DNA of 64,000 bases, taken from the NCBI GenBank assembly GCA_013239625.1, contig MU056960.1:11860698-11924697 (forward strand), written 5' to 3'. This DNA comes from Lama guanicoe (taxonomy: Eukaryota). The notes under the pieces were generated by a model. That model made no database searches. It saw only the letters and a program-made list of their open reading frames with translations, and had not been told where the DNA came from. Shown here piece after piece: positions 45,272 to 58,451 of the stretch (position 1 is its first letter; every line of letters starts with the position of its first letter). A program made the position numbers and the translations under genes.

Positions 45272-46397
45272 AAAGATCCCCAACATGTAAGCCAGGATGG
45301 TGGGAGAGACAGGAGTTCTCCAGGGGCTGCCTCGTTCCTCTTTTTGAAAGCTCCCCTCACACTCAGCCCTAGAACTGAGAATTTGTCTTGCTTCTGCTAG
45401 TTTTCTGAGACAGGAAAAATGACTGGAATCCTGCCTTTAAATCCAAGGGGAGTCCAAACAAATGTGCTTTATGTTGATCTAGGAAAGATTCTAGAAGAGA
45501 TGGTTCTTGAGCACTAAAGAAAGGAAGCAGCAATGATTCATTAAGAGCTTGCTGTGCCTGGTTAGCCTCATATCCTGTTTCCCCACTGGGTGCCGGACTC
45601 CTTGATGTCACACACACAAGGTCTTTGGTGTTGCAGCCTTTCTCCTCCACACATCTGAGTCCACTTCCTCCCCACCTGCTCACCTCCCTCCGCCAGTACC
45701 TAAGACCAGTGCTGCCCAGAGGAAAGAGCCTCACCTCCTGGGGCTCAGCATTGGGATGCTGTTACTAATAATCTGTCCCTGACCTCATGCCCAAGTTCAG
45801 CTAGTTGACCTCATCCCCTGGGTTTCATTTCAGAGAGAGGGGCCTCAGCTTTGAACACCTATTCTAGCAAGCTGCCTTGTACCCTGACTTCCTTGGCCTC
45901 CTTTACTTTGCTTTGGCCAGCCTTCTCCTCAAGTTTAGAAGCTCTCTCAATTCTAACTACTGGGGCTCTGCCAAATGACAACCCCAAAGCCAACCACCTT
46001 CCTACCCATCTGGATCCTCCTATCTGGTCCCTCAGTTTGCACCATCACTGTGTTTTCTTCCTCGTGGTGATCTGGGCATTCTGGGCCACTAACAGTCTGC
46101 CTAGATCATAGCCAGTAAAGAAGGTGCTTCAGCTGCTAGACTCAGACTTCCCTTGGCTCCTATATATGTGCCTGACCACCAGATCTGGGTCCTTCTCTAC
46201 TCTACCAGCCCTTCTATAAGTGACCAGGCCAGATCTGGCCAAAACCTGAGAGGGGAGATACCTCAGTGAAACGTGGCCCATGTGGTGTACTAGCTTCAGC
46301 AGATCTCCATAAAGTCTTCCAATGCGTAAGAAAGTTTAGTTATTAAAACAAAAAGTAGTCTCTGTTTTCATGGAACGAATATTGGAAGAGTATTTAC

Positions 46398-46957
46398 TTT
46401 TTCAACAGCTTTATAGAGACATAACTCACAAACCATACAATTTACAACTTAAAGTGTACTATTCAATGGCTTTGAGAATATTCACAGAGTTGTATAAGCA
46501 TCATCACAAGAAATTCTGGAACATTTTCGTCATCATCAAAAGAAGCTCCATGCCGATTAGCTGGTGCTCCCTAACCTTTCCATCTCCTTCAACCTAGGCA
46601 ACCACTAATCTACCTTCTGCCTCTGTAGATTTCTCTGTCTGGGACATTTCAGATGAATAGAATCATATAGTTGAAGTCTTTTGTTGAAGTCACTTAATAT
46701 TTTCGAGGATCATCATGTTGTAGCATGTATCAATACTTCATTACTTTTCATGGCTGAGCAATGTTCTGCTGTATGGATATACCACATTTATTTACCCATT
46801 CATCAGCTGATGGACACCTGGGTTGTTTCCTACTCTCTGGCTACTATGAATAATCTGCTATGAACATATATTTTCATTTCTCTTAGGTGTATACCTAGGA
46901 GTAGAATTGCTGAGTCATAAGAATGTATGTTTACTCATTCAAGGAATTGCCAGACTG
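46398..46957 (-). mobile_element. L1MB 3' end
   Basis: CAGCTTTATAGAGACATAACTCACA...GGCAACCACTAATCTAC...ATACCTAGGAGTAGAATTGCTG. Confidence 0.92.
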
Positions 46958-47219
46958 TGGGAAAATACTTGCTTTAGTAAATCAGAGAAGGCCCAGAGTC
47001 TCTGGCATCAGATTTTTGGATGCACCAAGCCTCCACGATCATATGAGGAAGGTAAGGAAGAAAGAAGTGCTGTAAGTTATCCAAGATCATATTTCTGTAG
47101 TACCAGGTCCCATGACATCAAGTTAGACTCTTTTTGGATTCACACAAGCATGGACAACATATGATACAGCAGAACAGAGTGGCAGGGATTGGACGGAAAG
47201 TAGGAATGAGACTCCCTTT

Positions 47220-47336
47220 CAAGATGGTGGAGTAGGAGGAGCTGGAGCTCACCTTCTCTCGCAGACACACCAAGGCTATGACTGGCTGCAGAACAACTAG
47301 CGATAAAAGGCTGGAAACTCCCAGGAAGGGTCTTTT
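47220..47336 (+). mobile_element. Isolated L1 5' terminus
   Basis: CAAGATGGTGGAGTAGGAGGAGCTGGAGCTCACCTTCTCTC, aligns by eye to 7831-7920. Confidence 0.8.
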
Positions 47337-47699
47337 GTGGTGAAACCAGTGTGAAGGTATGCTCCAATGGCACACCACAGGGATCTGTTTTTGGTTTGTC
47401 TTATTTCAAGTTCTTAACATAACCCACCTGAGAACAGGGGGTGGGTCTTCATCAGTTCCTACAGTTTTCCTTTTCAGGTGTGCCCCCATTACCTGCCAAA
47501 CTCTACTGAAGATAAATTACACCCCCTTTGGACTGTGGTCTCTCTCTAGAACTGGGCCCACAATCTTGTGTAAAAGCCCTTCTATTCTACACTACAGATT
47601 CTTCCTCCACTCCCTACCCTCCACCTTCCCCTTTCCTTTTAAGAGATGGCACTGCTTCCTAGTCCTGGTGAGAAACAGAATTCATCAGGCAAAAAGTAT

Positions 47700-49300
47700 T
47701 CACGTCCCTACCCACCTCTGCCCCTTCCTCTCCATTTCAACGGATGAGCCCCTGCCTCCCTCCTATGAGGCTAATCCTACCACGTAATATCTGAATCTCT
47801 TTTCCTCCCTCTTCTTCAGAGCCTTCACTTCACCCATCTCATCAGTCTCTCAAAACCCCTCCTGCCTTACCATCCATTTTCATTGCCCTTAAATAAGTTC
47901 AAGTCTCTCTCATCTTTAAAAAATGAGTATTATTTTTAAACATTTCTCCACACTATTGCTACTACCCCATCTCTCTGCTTTCTTTCAGAGTAAAGGTTAC
48001 TGAAAGAGATGTGCAGTAACTTCTCCATATCCTCACTTCCCACTTACTCTTCAATCCACAACACCACTGAATCATTCTGGCAAACTGTTTCATCACCACT
48101 GTTCCATCTTTTGCTAAAGCCAGTGAATGTTCTGCAGTCCTCATTTGAATTGACTTCTCTTCTTACAACCTGTTCTCACTGCTCCCTAACTTTTCTTCCA
48201 GTCTTCTTGATGGAGCTTCCTTCCCCTGACAGTACTCTTCTCTTCCCTCATTCTGGAAGTTTGCATCCACTCCCATAGCTTTGAGTTCTGCTGAGATGTG
48301 ATCACCACGTTCAGATTTGTCTCTGCAATCCTAGTTCTCTATCAGCTCTGGATTCATATCTCCAACTGCCGGACCAACATCTCCATTTGAATGACAGAGA
48401 AAGAGCTCAAACCTAACTTGATAAAAAGCAAACCATTTACTCCCACCTCCCACAAAATGAAAATACTGCCTCATCCTCAAGGCTATCCTAACTGAGCAAA
48501 CAGCGTCAGCATCATCCAGAAAGTGCATTCACTGAATCTAGGCATATCCTAGATCACTGTTTAAGTATGTTCTCCCAGCTAAACCTATCAAATATGACCC
48601 TTTCTTCCACCTCCCCTGCTACTTCCCCAGTGAAACTACCATTATCTCCTGCCTGGACCACTAACAGTGCCCTAATTCATCTTTCTGCCTTCACTTTGCC
48701 TCTCTAGAGTATGTCTTCCTCATGACAGCAATGATGATCTTTCCAAATCGTAAATAAGGTCATATTATATCACTAATGAAAATTTCCCTGAGTCTTCCCA
48801 TTACAACCAGAATAAAGTCTGAACTCTTTAGTAAAGTCTGTAAGATCCTACATGACCTATGATGTACATCCCCCACCTCTTTTACATCATCCCTCCCCTC
48901 TCTCCTGCCTCTTGTTCTGGACACTCCAGAAGTTCTGGCTTCTCTTGCTCACAAAGGCCAAGTGACACCTGTCTCTGGAGTTTTATGCCTGTTGTTCCTT
49001 AGTCTTCCTGGGATTGTCCCCCAGATTGTCACTTGGTCACCTCCTTCTCATTCAGGTCTCAGCCGAAATGCACCTCTTTCCCTTAGCACCCTAGCTAAAG
49101 CAACCCCACTTAGTCATTCTCTTCCACATTACCCTATTTATCTTCTTTGTGCCACCTGTTAACAACTAAAATTATCTCATTTTCTTATTTGTTGGGTGTT
49201 TATTATCTGTCAGCCCCCATCACCACTACAATATAAGCTCCTTGAAGACATCTACCCCTGTTCTCGGCCCATCAGAGGGACTTGGTTTGCTGGATGGATG
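47700..49300 (+). mobile_element. Long decayed L2
   Basis: Pyrimidine-rich L2 ORF2/3' motifs: CATCTCCATTTGAATG, ACCATTATCTCCTGCCTGGAC, AGAATAAAGTCTGAACTCTTTA, ATATAAGCTCCTTGA. Confidence 0.85.
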
Positions 49301-50255
49301 GACAGATGCTCAGACCCTCGTAAGGCTCTATCTCACCCTCTCTTTACTCAGCACACTCTTCCTGAACATTTTCATACTCCATATTCAACTACTGTCTCTG
49401 AGCAGGTGATCCCCAAATCTGTATCTCCAGTTCAGCTTTCCCCAGACCACATGGATGGATATATTTTGGGCATCTCTAACCAGATGTCTCACAGTGCATT
49501 AACTTCAAATGCTCAAACTGAAACCTATTCCTCTCCTTAATTTCTTATCCAAATGAAGCTTGCCATCACGTACTCAGGTGCCAACGCTGAGATTCTGGGC
49601 ATCAATCTTCACTCCTTCCTCCCAAACATTACCAAGATCTGTTGATTCAATCCCAGACCTGTATACTTTCCTCCATCAATGCCACCCCCATCAGTCCCCA
49701 CCGGGAGCCCTGTGATGGCGCCAGTGTCCTCTCCACTTCTAGATATGCTTAATCCCCTCCACTCTCAGCCTCTAAGTGCTGTTTCTTCAACTTAAAGCTT
49801 CTGTTCCCCATTGCCATGAGGATGAAGTCCAAAGCCTTCGGCCTTTCATGATCTGACCTCACTATTCCCCACCATACTCCTCCTATTTGAAGTGCTTGCA
49901 GGTTCTTCAATGCACCAGGCCTGCTTTCTCTTGCCTCTGAGCCTTTACACTCTGCCTGAAGTACCATGTATCCTATATATTCTGCTCTCCTTCTTTTTAT
50001 GCAGGATTTACTGAGGGTGCCACCCCTGCAAAGGAGTCTTCCTCTATGCTCCATGCCATCATCCAGGTCTAGATTAGAGACTTCTACCTGTCATCATAAA
50101 ACCCAGAGCTTCTTTTATTACACCCAATGCACTAGATTATATTTGCCTGTCTGTGAGTTCTCTGAAGGCAGTGAGAGTCTTAAACATCTCTAAATTCTCA
50201 ACACCGAGAACAGAGCTGACACAGAAAAGGCATTCAAATATGTGTAGATTGATGG
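49300..50255 (+). mobile_element. Second decayed L2
   Basis: CCCAAATCTGTATCTCCAG; GGATGAAGTCCAAAGCC; CTGTGAGTTCTCTGAAGGCAG. Confidence 0.8.
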
Positions 50256-50271
50256 GTGGAAACTTGTGGGA

Positions 50272-50419
50272 NNNNNNNNNNNNNNNNNNNNNNNNNNNNN
50301 NNNNNNNNNNNNNNNNNNNNNNNNNNNNNNNNNNNNNNNNNNNNNNNNNNNNNNNNNNNNNNNNNNNNNNNNNNNNNNNNNNNNNNNNNNNNNNNNNNNN
50401 NNNNNNNNNNNNNNNNNNN
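50272..50419. other. Assembly gap (148 N)
   Basis: Run of N. Confidence 1.
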
Positions 50420-50434
50420 GAATGGTGTGCAGCT

Positions 50435-50800
50435 GCAGTTTATATGAAAAGCCTGGGGAGTTAGAGTTGTCAGGAAGCTCAGCGTGGGTCAACAGTGTGA
50501 TCTGACTGCCAAAAAAATTAACACAACCTTAGCTTGCACTAGAAGTGTAGCTTCTAGAATGAGAGAGGAGATGTGAGATATGCACATGCCAGCCAGGCTA
50601 TACTGTGGTTCTGGATTCATTCTGAGCTTCACACTTGAGGCGTCAGACTCCAGCAGGCTCTAAGGAAGAAGACCAGAGTGGAGAGGGGACTTCAGGTGAA
50701 GTCAGATGAGAAACAGGTGGAGGATCAGGGCCTGCTTCACCTTCAGAATGTGTGTAGGAACCTGCTAGGTGTCCTTGAACATCTAAAGATGTGTGCCTTA
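50435..50800 (+). mobile_element. L3/CR1 fragment
   Basis: AAGCTCAGCGTGGGTCAACAGTGTGATCTGACTGCCAAAAAAA...TTAGCTTGCACT. Confidence 0.8.
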
Positions 50801-50989
50801 AAGAATTACTGTCTCACCAACAGTGCTGTCCACAGCCAGGTAAGGGGGCTTCTGTCAATGGATGCATTTCAAAATGCAGCAGAAGCGTCTTTTCAAAGTA
50901 CAGATCTGATTATGCCACACACACACTCGCAACCCCTGTGTCCCGCACATATCTCCCCTACTGTACAGCCCCTACCCAACCGCTGCGTT

Positions 50990-51470
50990 AAGCCCTCCTA
51001 AGACTTTTCCAGCATCCTTAGCATTCAAAAACACAACTCTCCGTGCAGCCTGTCAGGCTCTGCTCGTGCTGGCCTCACGCTCCTCTCCCTTCCTCGCTCC
51101 CTCTGCCCTTAGGAACCTCTCTCAACAGACTTTCCTGCCTCGACACTTTTGCCCAGGCAGTTGCATTTGCCTGGAAATTGCTTACCCCCCTTCTTGTACC
51201 TGGATCTTGCATTGTATCCTTTAGATCGTGGTAGGCTTGGACTCCACCCCCTCAGAGAATAGACCATTGACCTTCTTCCAGGCTCCCCTAGCCCCAGATG
51301 ATTCCTGCTTCCATTATTTACTGTCTCCCCTACTAGACTGAAAGCACCAGGTGGACAGGGACTAAATCTGGGTTTACTCACCATCTCATTGACTTGTCAA
51401 CACCAACCACAGACAGAGTCAGGCACACAAGAGCTTCCTCAAATATGTGCTGAACAAGCCAGTGAATGGG
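50990..51470 (+). mobile_element. L2 3' fragment
   Basis: CTTTTGCCCAGGCAGTTGCATTTGCCTGGAA; CTGTCTCCCCTACTAGACTG; AAATATGTGCTGAA. Confidence 0.8.
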
Positions 51471-52707
51471 TTGACAGGATGACCAGAGGCGATGACTATT
51501 TGGACGTACCCTGGGAGGGAATTAAAAGCCTCCGGTGAGTGGTCAGACTAAACGTGCTTTACAGTCTCTTTTTAATGCTAAAAATGTCTGCTTTTCACTA
51601 TCATAAATCCTACTCATACTTCGAGGGAACCTCAAACATTAGACCTTCCAACTTACCAAAAGGCTTCCTGTGAGTCCTCCATTCCTTTTTTAAAATAACT
51701 TTTAGTACACTTGCCGTATCCTAACTAATCCTAAAGACCCTGTGATTTGTCTTAATCCCTCCACTCGAGGGGCTGAGAATCCATGTGCGGAGACGTCACA
51801 GTCACCTGTGTGCCCCTCTCAGCACAGCCCAACCCATAACCAGTGCTTGGCATGACTCTGTGCTACATACGGGTAAATGGGTAACATTTACTTGACATTT
51901 CACTATGCTGTGTTTCACTAAGTCTTGTTTTTCAGTTAGGCAAGTGTGTTTGCACGCATCAAGTGTCATATAATATATAATAGATGGGATTCTAGCATAA
52001 GAAGACGCACAAGTAATTTTGATTACACCGACATTCTGTTGTATCAAATAGGGATTTGAATCGGGGAGGCGGCAGTCACAGCACGCTAGATCCTAGTTCC
52101 AAAGGGATTCTGTTGCAGCCCTTCTCTTGAATGTGACCTGTGTGTGCTTTAATGAATTTTTAAACTATCTTCCTTCAGGCTGCCAATTACAGTCAATTTC
52201 CACTCATCTAAAAATCATAAACAGTAAATTAAGTTGAACATTACTCATTTAATACTTTCCTGGGGGCTTTCTATTTTTTCCCTCCCCAAATTTAAGGAGA
52301 CCCTATTATATCTGTAAGTATGAATTCACAAGCCATTTACTCAGAAGAGGACAAGAAAACTTAACTTTGTTTTTCTAAACTGAACTCAACTGCTACCCCA
52401 CACCCCCAGCCGAAAACATAGCCTCGTCAATACATAGCGAACTCGGTTAATTTCAGGTTCATTGTTTCTGCCTCCAGCCTGGTTCCTGACCATGGCATTG
52501 AAGTCCTGGCCCTCCATTCTCATTAGATTTGTGAAGCCACCTTTTGGGATGATGCATTTTTGTCAAATCCTCAGGTGTGGTCACCCCTCCATGCTGACGC
52601 CTGTTGAGGTGTCCCCATCACCCTCTGGTCTCAGACGTGGCCTGGTATCAGTCAGGACTGTGTCCCAGTGCAAAGACTTGTTGTCCCGACGTATGGCAAG
52701 TTACATG

Positions 52708-52877
52708 AGTGCTTCTCAAAGTTCGATCCCCAGACCAGCTGCCTCAGCCTCACCTGGGCCCTTGTTGGGAATACAGATTCTCGGGCCCCACTCCAGGCTA
52801 CTGAATCAGATCAAGAATCTGCCCTCTAATAGGCCTTCCAGGTGATTCCAATGCGTGCCCAAGCTCGGGAGCCACTC
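52708..52877. mobile_element. MER5A MITE
   Basis: AGTGCTTCTCAAAGT...CAGATTCTCGGGCCCCACTCCAGGCTACTGAATCAGA...CCAGGTGATTC. Confidence 0.92.
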
Positions 52878-53869
52878 CAAGGGGGTTTATTTTCTTTACA
52901 AAACACGAGGTCTGGAGGTTAGTGGCTGTTGCTTGGTGACACCACGGCCACCCCCAGCTGGAGTGAAAGCTGAGGAAACACTGCTGACCCTCTGGGCTCT
53001 TGTAGTGGATGGTGGCAGGGGAAATGGAGATGAAAACTGCTTCTGGGTCAGCCAACCATCAGTATCTGTCCCAGAGCCACTGTGCCTTGCATGGCAGTGT
53101 CCCTTTTGTGCAGTGATGAACCTTCAGATCCCCTGAGAGCCCTCCCTCAGCTACCTGCCACCTGGCCCTGGAGCCCGGCAGCTTCCGCTGCTCTCACCTT
53201 GCGGGTTCAGGGCCATCTCATCCCCTAGCCCAGACTCTCCCTGCAGTAATTTCCAAACCACGCCGTGGACAGCTCCCGCAAAGCAGCCATGGCCTCCAGG
53301 CTCAGGTGCTCACTCATGGGGAAGTTGTCACCCACCTCCCTTTGGCAATGGGGCGGAAGGAGGGTTGTGGAGAGGCAGGGTACAGCACTGGCAAACACCT
53401 TGCTGCCTTAAAACCGGCCCAATCCCACCGCAGTGGGAGAACCCTCTTTCAAAATCTCACCTTAAACAGAAAATGACAAATACTGATACAAAAATGTATT
53501 CTCCAAAAGCTCCAGGACTGCATCTTGAAAGCCGAGCATTTTGAAGCTCTTTTCCTCTGACTCCTTTCTTGAGGCAATGGAAGCTTCAAATATAGTGGTT
53601 TGTCGGAGGTATGGGTGGAGGGAGTGGTACAGAGGAGAAGAGAGAGCGAGGGAAGGCGGGAAGCATTGAATACTTGACAGCATCCTGTCAAATCCAGAAT
53701 GACTTCATAAACACTAGCTGCTGTTTTACAAAAACATCTTTGGGAGGGAATATTGTACAGATGTTGGAGTGTGTTGGTGGGGGGTGTCTCCCCTAATGCT
53801 ATGTCTACAAAGTCCAAAATAGCAGTATGCGATGAAATCGCTCTCAAACCCAGTTATTTTGAGAGGAAA

Positions 53870-54440
53870 CCTTGTGGAGTGGAAGCAATAGTGGGATAAG
53901 AATGGAAAGAACTGGGTTTTCTATCCAGATCTGTCACTTCCTAACTAGGTAATCACAGCCAAGTGACTTCGTCTTTTTGAATCTTGGATTATATACCTTA
54001 TAAAATGGAAGTAAAACCATCTGCATGTTTTCATACCCATTTTACAGATATTGGTCATAAACATCAAATGAACTCAGGCACATAAAAGTCCTTTTTAAAC
54101 TGAGGTATAATCGACATGTAACATTGTATCAGTTTCAGGTATACAACATAACGATTCAGTATTTGTATATATTGTGAAATGATCACCACAAGTCTGGTTA
54201 ACATCCATCACCGCACACAGTTACAAAACATTTTTCCCTTGTGATTTTTTTCTTGTGTCCTTTAAGACCTACTCTCTTAGCAACTCTCAAATATGTCATA
54301 CAGTATTATTAACTACAGTTGCCATGCTGTACATGACACCCTCTCTTATTTATTTTATAACTGGAAGTTTTTATCTTTTGACCCTCTTCACACATTTTGC
54401 CAACCCCTCATCCCCAACATAAAAGTACTTTGAAATAAAG
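53870..54440 (+). mobile_element. MIR SINE split by an L1 insertion
   Basis: CTGGGTTTTCTATCCAGATCTGTCACTTCCTAACTAG...TATAAAATGGA; resumes after 54416. Confidence 0.75.
54095..54416 (-). mobile_element. L1 3' end (L1MA9-like)
   Basis: TGTGAAATGATCACCACAAGTCTGGTTAACATCCATCACC; TSD ACATAAAAGTCCTTT (54080-54094) / ACATAAAAGTACTTT (54417-54431). Confidence 0.92.
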
Positions 54441-55117
54441 CAGTGATTAGTCAAATGAAAGGTCCTATAAATACCATTATTTTCCATCGTTATAAACCAA
54501 AGAGGAATAATTAATTTCTTTCATAGAACCATGTTTTTTTAAAAACCAAATTAAATTCTGGTGGTGTGTCTACATTTACCCTACGGTTGTCTCTTCAGAC
54601 ATTTCAAAGAGGTTAGGGAAAGAAAGACAACAGAAAAATGTTCCCTATGTAACACAGCAGGTCATTTTAGGTCAAGTATATCCTCACTGATCTTCTGCCT
54701 GCTTGATCTAGCAATTACTGTTGAAGTCTCCAGCTGTAATAGTAAATTTGTTTCACTATTTTTCCTTGTGGTTCTCAGTTTTTGCCTGGCATATTTTGAT
54801 AGTTCGTTAGGTACACATACATCTAGGATTACTGTATCTCCTTGGAGAATTGACCCTTTAACATTATGCAGTGGCTTCTTTATCCCTGATAATTTTCCTC
54901 GTTCTGAAGTCTGCTTTTGTCTGAAATTAACATACGACTCTATTTTCTTCCAATATGTGTTAGCGGCATATAACTTTCCCTGTGCCGTTACTTTTCATCT
55001 GAGTCTTTACATTTAAAGTGAGTCTCTTGTAAACAATCTATAAATGGGTTTCTTTTTATATTTTAATCCACTCTGACAAACCGTCTTCTAATCGGTGTAT
55101 TTAGACCATTCACATTT

Positions 55118-55668
55118 TCCCCCCAGCGAAAGGACACCTTTATTTCCAAGGTTCTTGGAATCTATCACCATATTTTCCCCTCAAAGAGTTTTGACAATTC
55201 ATACACCCAGCAGCAATGCACTATAATAAGTGCCTACCATGAGCTAGTCCCTGGGAATAAATGGTTGGGTCCACATGTAAGCCTCTGTTTCATCACACTC
55301 TCGCCAATATTGAGTTCTGGCCTCAATTTGCATTTTCTCTGTGATAAGGAAAGCAGAACTTCCATGCACGTCTGCTTACTCATTGGGGCAACTCCCTGTT
55401 GTATGTATGGGTTATCCATTTACCTCTTGGGGTGTTGATGTTTTTGTCACCTACTTGGATTCATTATTTACATAGCAGAGATAGTTGCTCTTTGTCACTT
55501 TTGTGTAAGAGGCTTTGAGAGCTGAGTGAGATCTGGAGTTTATTTGGCCTAAACCCCGTGTGGTGGGTTGAATGGTGGACCTAAAAAAGATACATCCGAG
55601 TCCTAACCCCCAGCACCTGTGGATGTGACTTTATTTGGAAAAAGAGTCTTTGCAGATGCAACTAAGGC
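55118..55668 (-). pseudogene. Retroposed composite RNA fragment (old L1ME-like sequence plus a truncated MLT1 LTR)
   Basis: 15-bp TSD AGACCATTCACATTT (55103-55117) / AGACTATTCACATTT (55669-55683); minus-strand AATAAA at 55139-55144 near the tail end. Confidence 0.65.
55558..55667 (+). mobile_element. MLT1C/D LTR 5' part, abruptly truncated
   Basis: TGTGGTGGGTTGAATGGTGGACCTAAAAAAGATAC...TGTGACTTTATTTGGAAAAAGAGTCTTTGCAGATG. Confidence 0.9.
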
Positions 55669-57304
55669 AGACTATTCACATTTAAAGTGGTAACTGATGA
55701 AGCTGGATTACTGTCTCCCGTGTCTGTAACTGTTTTACTGCTTCCTGCTTGTTATATTTAGTCTTTGGAAGTGGCGGAGGGTGGGCGGGGGGGGGGCGCT
55801 TGCTTTCTCTTTTTCTGCCTCCTCCGATTTTAATTGAGCATTTTATATGATTCCGTCTTCTCACCTCTTTTAGCATGTCAGTTATATTTCTTTTTCTTTA
55901 TTTTTTGGTGGTTGCCCTCAGTTTTCCAATATATACGTCTAACCAAAGAAGACTGTACCACTCCACATGCAGCACCGCTGCCTTGTAACAGAGTATCTCC
56001 AATTTGTCCCTCCCATCCCTTTATAACATCCCTGTCACTCACTTCTATGCTGCAATCACCCAGTGCAGGATTTTCTCACTCTCAGGCGAGTCCACACTCA
56101 GCCTCCAGCAACTTGTCAAGATTACCATTTAAGTGTTCCTATTTGTTTATGGCCCCAGTGGCTTCAGGTTCAGATCGATAAACCTTGGCTGTGACTTTAT
56201 GGATTCACCTGTTTCTCCAGATTTCAAGAGGGGTGGTTTGCCTGGCAACCTCCATTCTCTGAGGGGTCCAAGAAAAGTCACTGATTTTCAGTATGTTCCC
56301 CCTTTTCTTGTTGTTAAGGACAGGAGTGACAACTTTCAAGTTCTTCGTGTGCTGGAGCTAAAGCCGGAAGAAGTCTGGCAGATTATTTTACAACTTGGAG
56401 ATTATTGTTGTGTTAGCTGATTTCCCAAAGCATCCAGTCAGTCAGCTCAGACAAGCTGTTACCAGCTGGCCAGGTCTGGACTAAAGAGCGAAAGCAGTTC
56501 TTAACTCTGATGCAGGAGACCACTCCAACTTGCAGCCTGCTCTGAAGACTCTCCTGCCTCGTGTTACTTGCACAAGGCAAGAACAGTTAAGCTCCTGTCC
56601 AGTGCTGGCTCACAAACTTAGTGACACTAGTGCAATTGTTCCAGGATGTGACAGCTGTATTTTCAGTTCAGAAACCTCGACTTCAAGCACTGGAACATGT
56701 GAGCTCATCTCCCAGATAATCACCATTAATTATACTCTCATCCACCCAACAGCTCACCAGAATTAACCTGCTCTGTCCAAAGTAAAAAATTTTTTTAAAT
56801 CAAGGATTTGATTATAATATGCACTTTTAGAGCACTTAAGCGAATTGTTGGTTTAAAAAAAGAAGAATTCTGATTTCTCCAGAACCCCATCAATCTGAAC
56901 TCCCTGACTCCCTCGCAATGAGGCTGGATGCTTGCACTGACAATTCTGCAGCACGACAAGATTCTGGAGAGCTTTTGAATCATTCAAGGAAGATTAAATT
57001 ATGTGCAGAAGCAGCACTTCAACGTTAAGTGCATTTTATACTGTATTCCACATCGATGGAATCTGATCATTCATGGGAGGCACAAGGTGACTCTCTTCTT
57101 GCCCAGAAGCCAATTCGCTTTAGTTCAATTTGAATTACAAAGGTTTGCTAAACACCTACCGCCATGGTACACACTGGAAAATATATTTCATTTATTTGTG
57201 GGGCTCACAATTTCATGGATAAGGAAGAACAAACAAGCAAGCAAACAAGCAAATAAGCAAAACAGACCAGACACACCTTCTAACCGCAGCACCCAGCACA
57301 CGCA

Positions 57305-57900
57305 CAAGTTAATGGAATGAGTGTTTGCTCAGTGACCTGCAGACAGAGTACCCCCACGTAGGCACAGAGACGCAGACAATCAGCAAATGTGACACAGGGA
57401 GGAGATATTTGAGCTCAGCTATGGAGGATTCTCTGGGCTCTGGCAGTCTATAAAAACATGGAAGAAAGTGTGCTAGCCAAAGGGAAAGTGATGAGAAATT
57501 TTCACGGAGAAAAGTCTGGTATTTCCAGAAGATGTAGGTGCAAAATGCCAGGAAATGATGCTGAAAAAGTAAATCACAGAAGGCCTTGAATATCATGCCG
57601 AGAAATCTGAATGTTTTCCTGTAGGCAATGGGATGTTGTCAAGTGTTTTGAGCACATGTGTTTTGGTTGGATGTGCTTTAGAAAGATCACTCCAGAAGCA
57701 CCCGGGAAGGTGGAATTGGGGCGGGGGGGGGGAGACATCGAGGTCAGTTAGGAAGCTACTGCGTTAAGTTCAAGCAAGAGATGAGGGACTGCAGTCATGG
57801 AAAATGGAAATAAGTACATGGTTTAAGAGATACTGCAGAGGTCGTTTCAATGGCACTGGGCAACCAATCAGATCTGGGAGGAAGGAGTTGAAGGCGGCTC
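57305..57900 (-). mobile_element. L2 decayed fragment
   Basis: GAAGGCCTTGAATATCATGCC...TCCTGTAGGCAATGGG...TTTAGAAAGATCACTC. Confidence 0.8.
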
Positions 57901-58089
57901 CAGAGTCGTTTGCATAAAGAGCTCCATTCCCCATCCCACCCACCCTATACGCACACGCTCTGCAGTGTGACAGCTCTTAACATCATCAGGAGGTGGAGTC
58001 TATTTCTTTACCCCGTAACACTGGATTCTAGCTCTGTACCACTTGAGTCCTGTGCCAATGCTCAACAGTGAGGCAGATGTGGAGGGAGA

Positions 58090-58451
58090 GGATGCTACTA
58101 TAATAGAACACCATGGGCCGGGTGACTCCAACAACAAATACATATTTCTCACAATTCTAGAGACCAGGAAGTCCAAGATTAAGGTGTCAGCAGGTCCAGT
58201 GTCTGGTGAAGGCACTCTTTCTTGTTTGCGGATGGCTGTCTTCTTGTATCTTCACATGGCAGAGACACAGATCTTTTGTCTCCTTTTCTTTGTAAAAGGC
58301 ACTATTCCCATCATGGGGGCCCCACCCTCCTGACCTTATCTAACCCAAATCTTACCTCCCAGCTCCCACCTCCAAATACCATGGCATGGCATTGGGGGAT
58401 AGGGTTTCAGCATATGAACTGGGGGAGAACACACACATTCAGTCCACAATA
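58090..58451 (-). mobile_element. MLT1A-type solo LTR, preceded by an MLT1F-like fragment at about 57900-58070
   Basis: ATTTCTCACAATTCTAGAGACCAGGAAGTCCAAGATTAAGGTGTCAGCAG...ACATTCAGTCCA. Confidence 0.9.

Larger units (their letters stand above)
54640..56376 (-). mobile_element. Old L1M element (ORF2 start, inter-ORF region and 5' end, internally deleted), interrupted at 55118-55668
   Basis: TATATCCTCACTGATCTTCTG; GGAGAATTGACCCTTTAACATTATG; 5'-end motif GACAGGAGTGACAACTTTCAAG...AGCCGGAAG. Confidence 0.8.
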
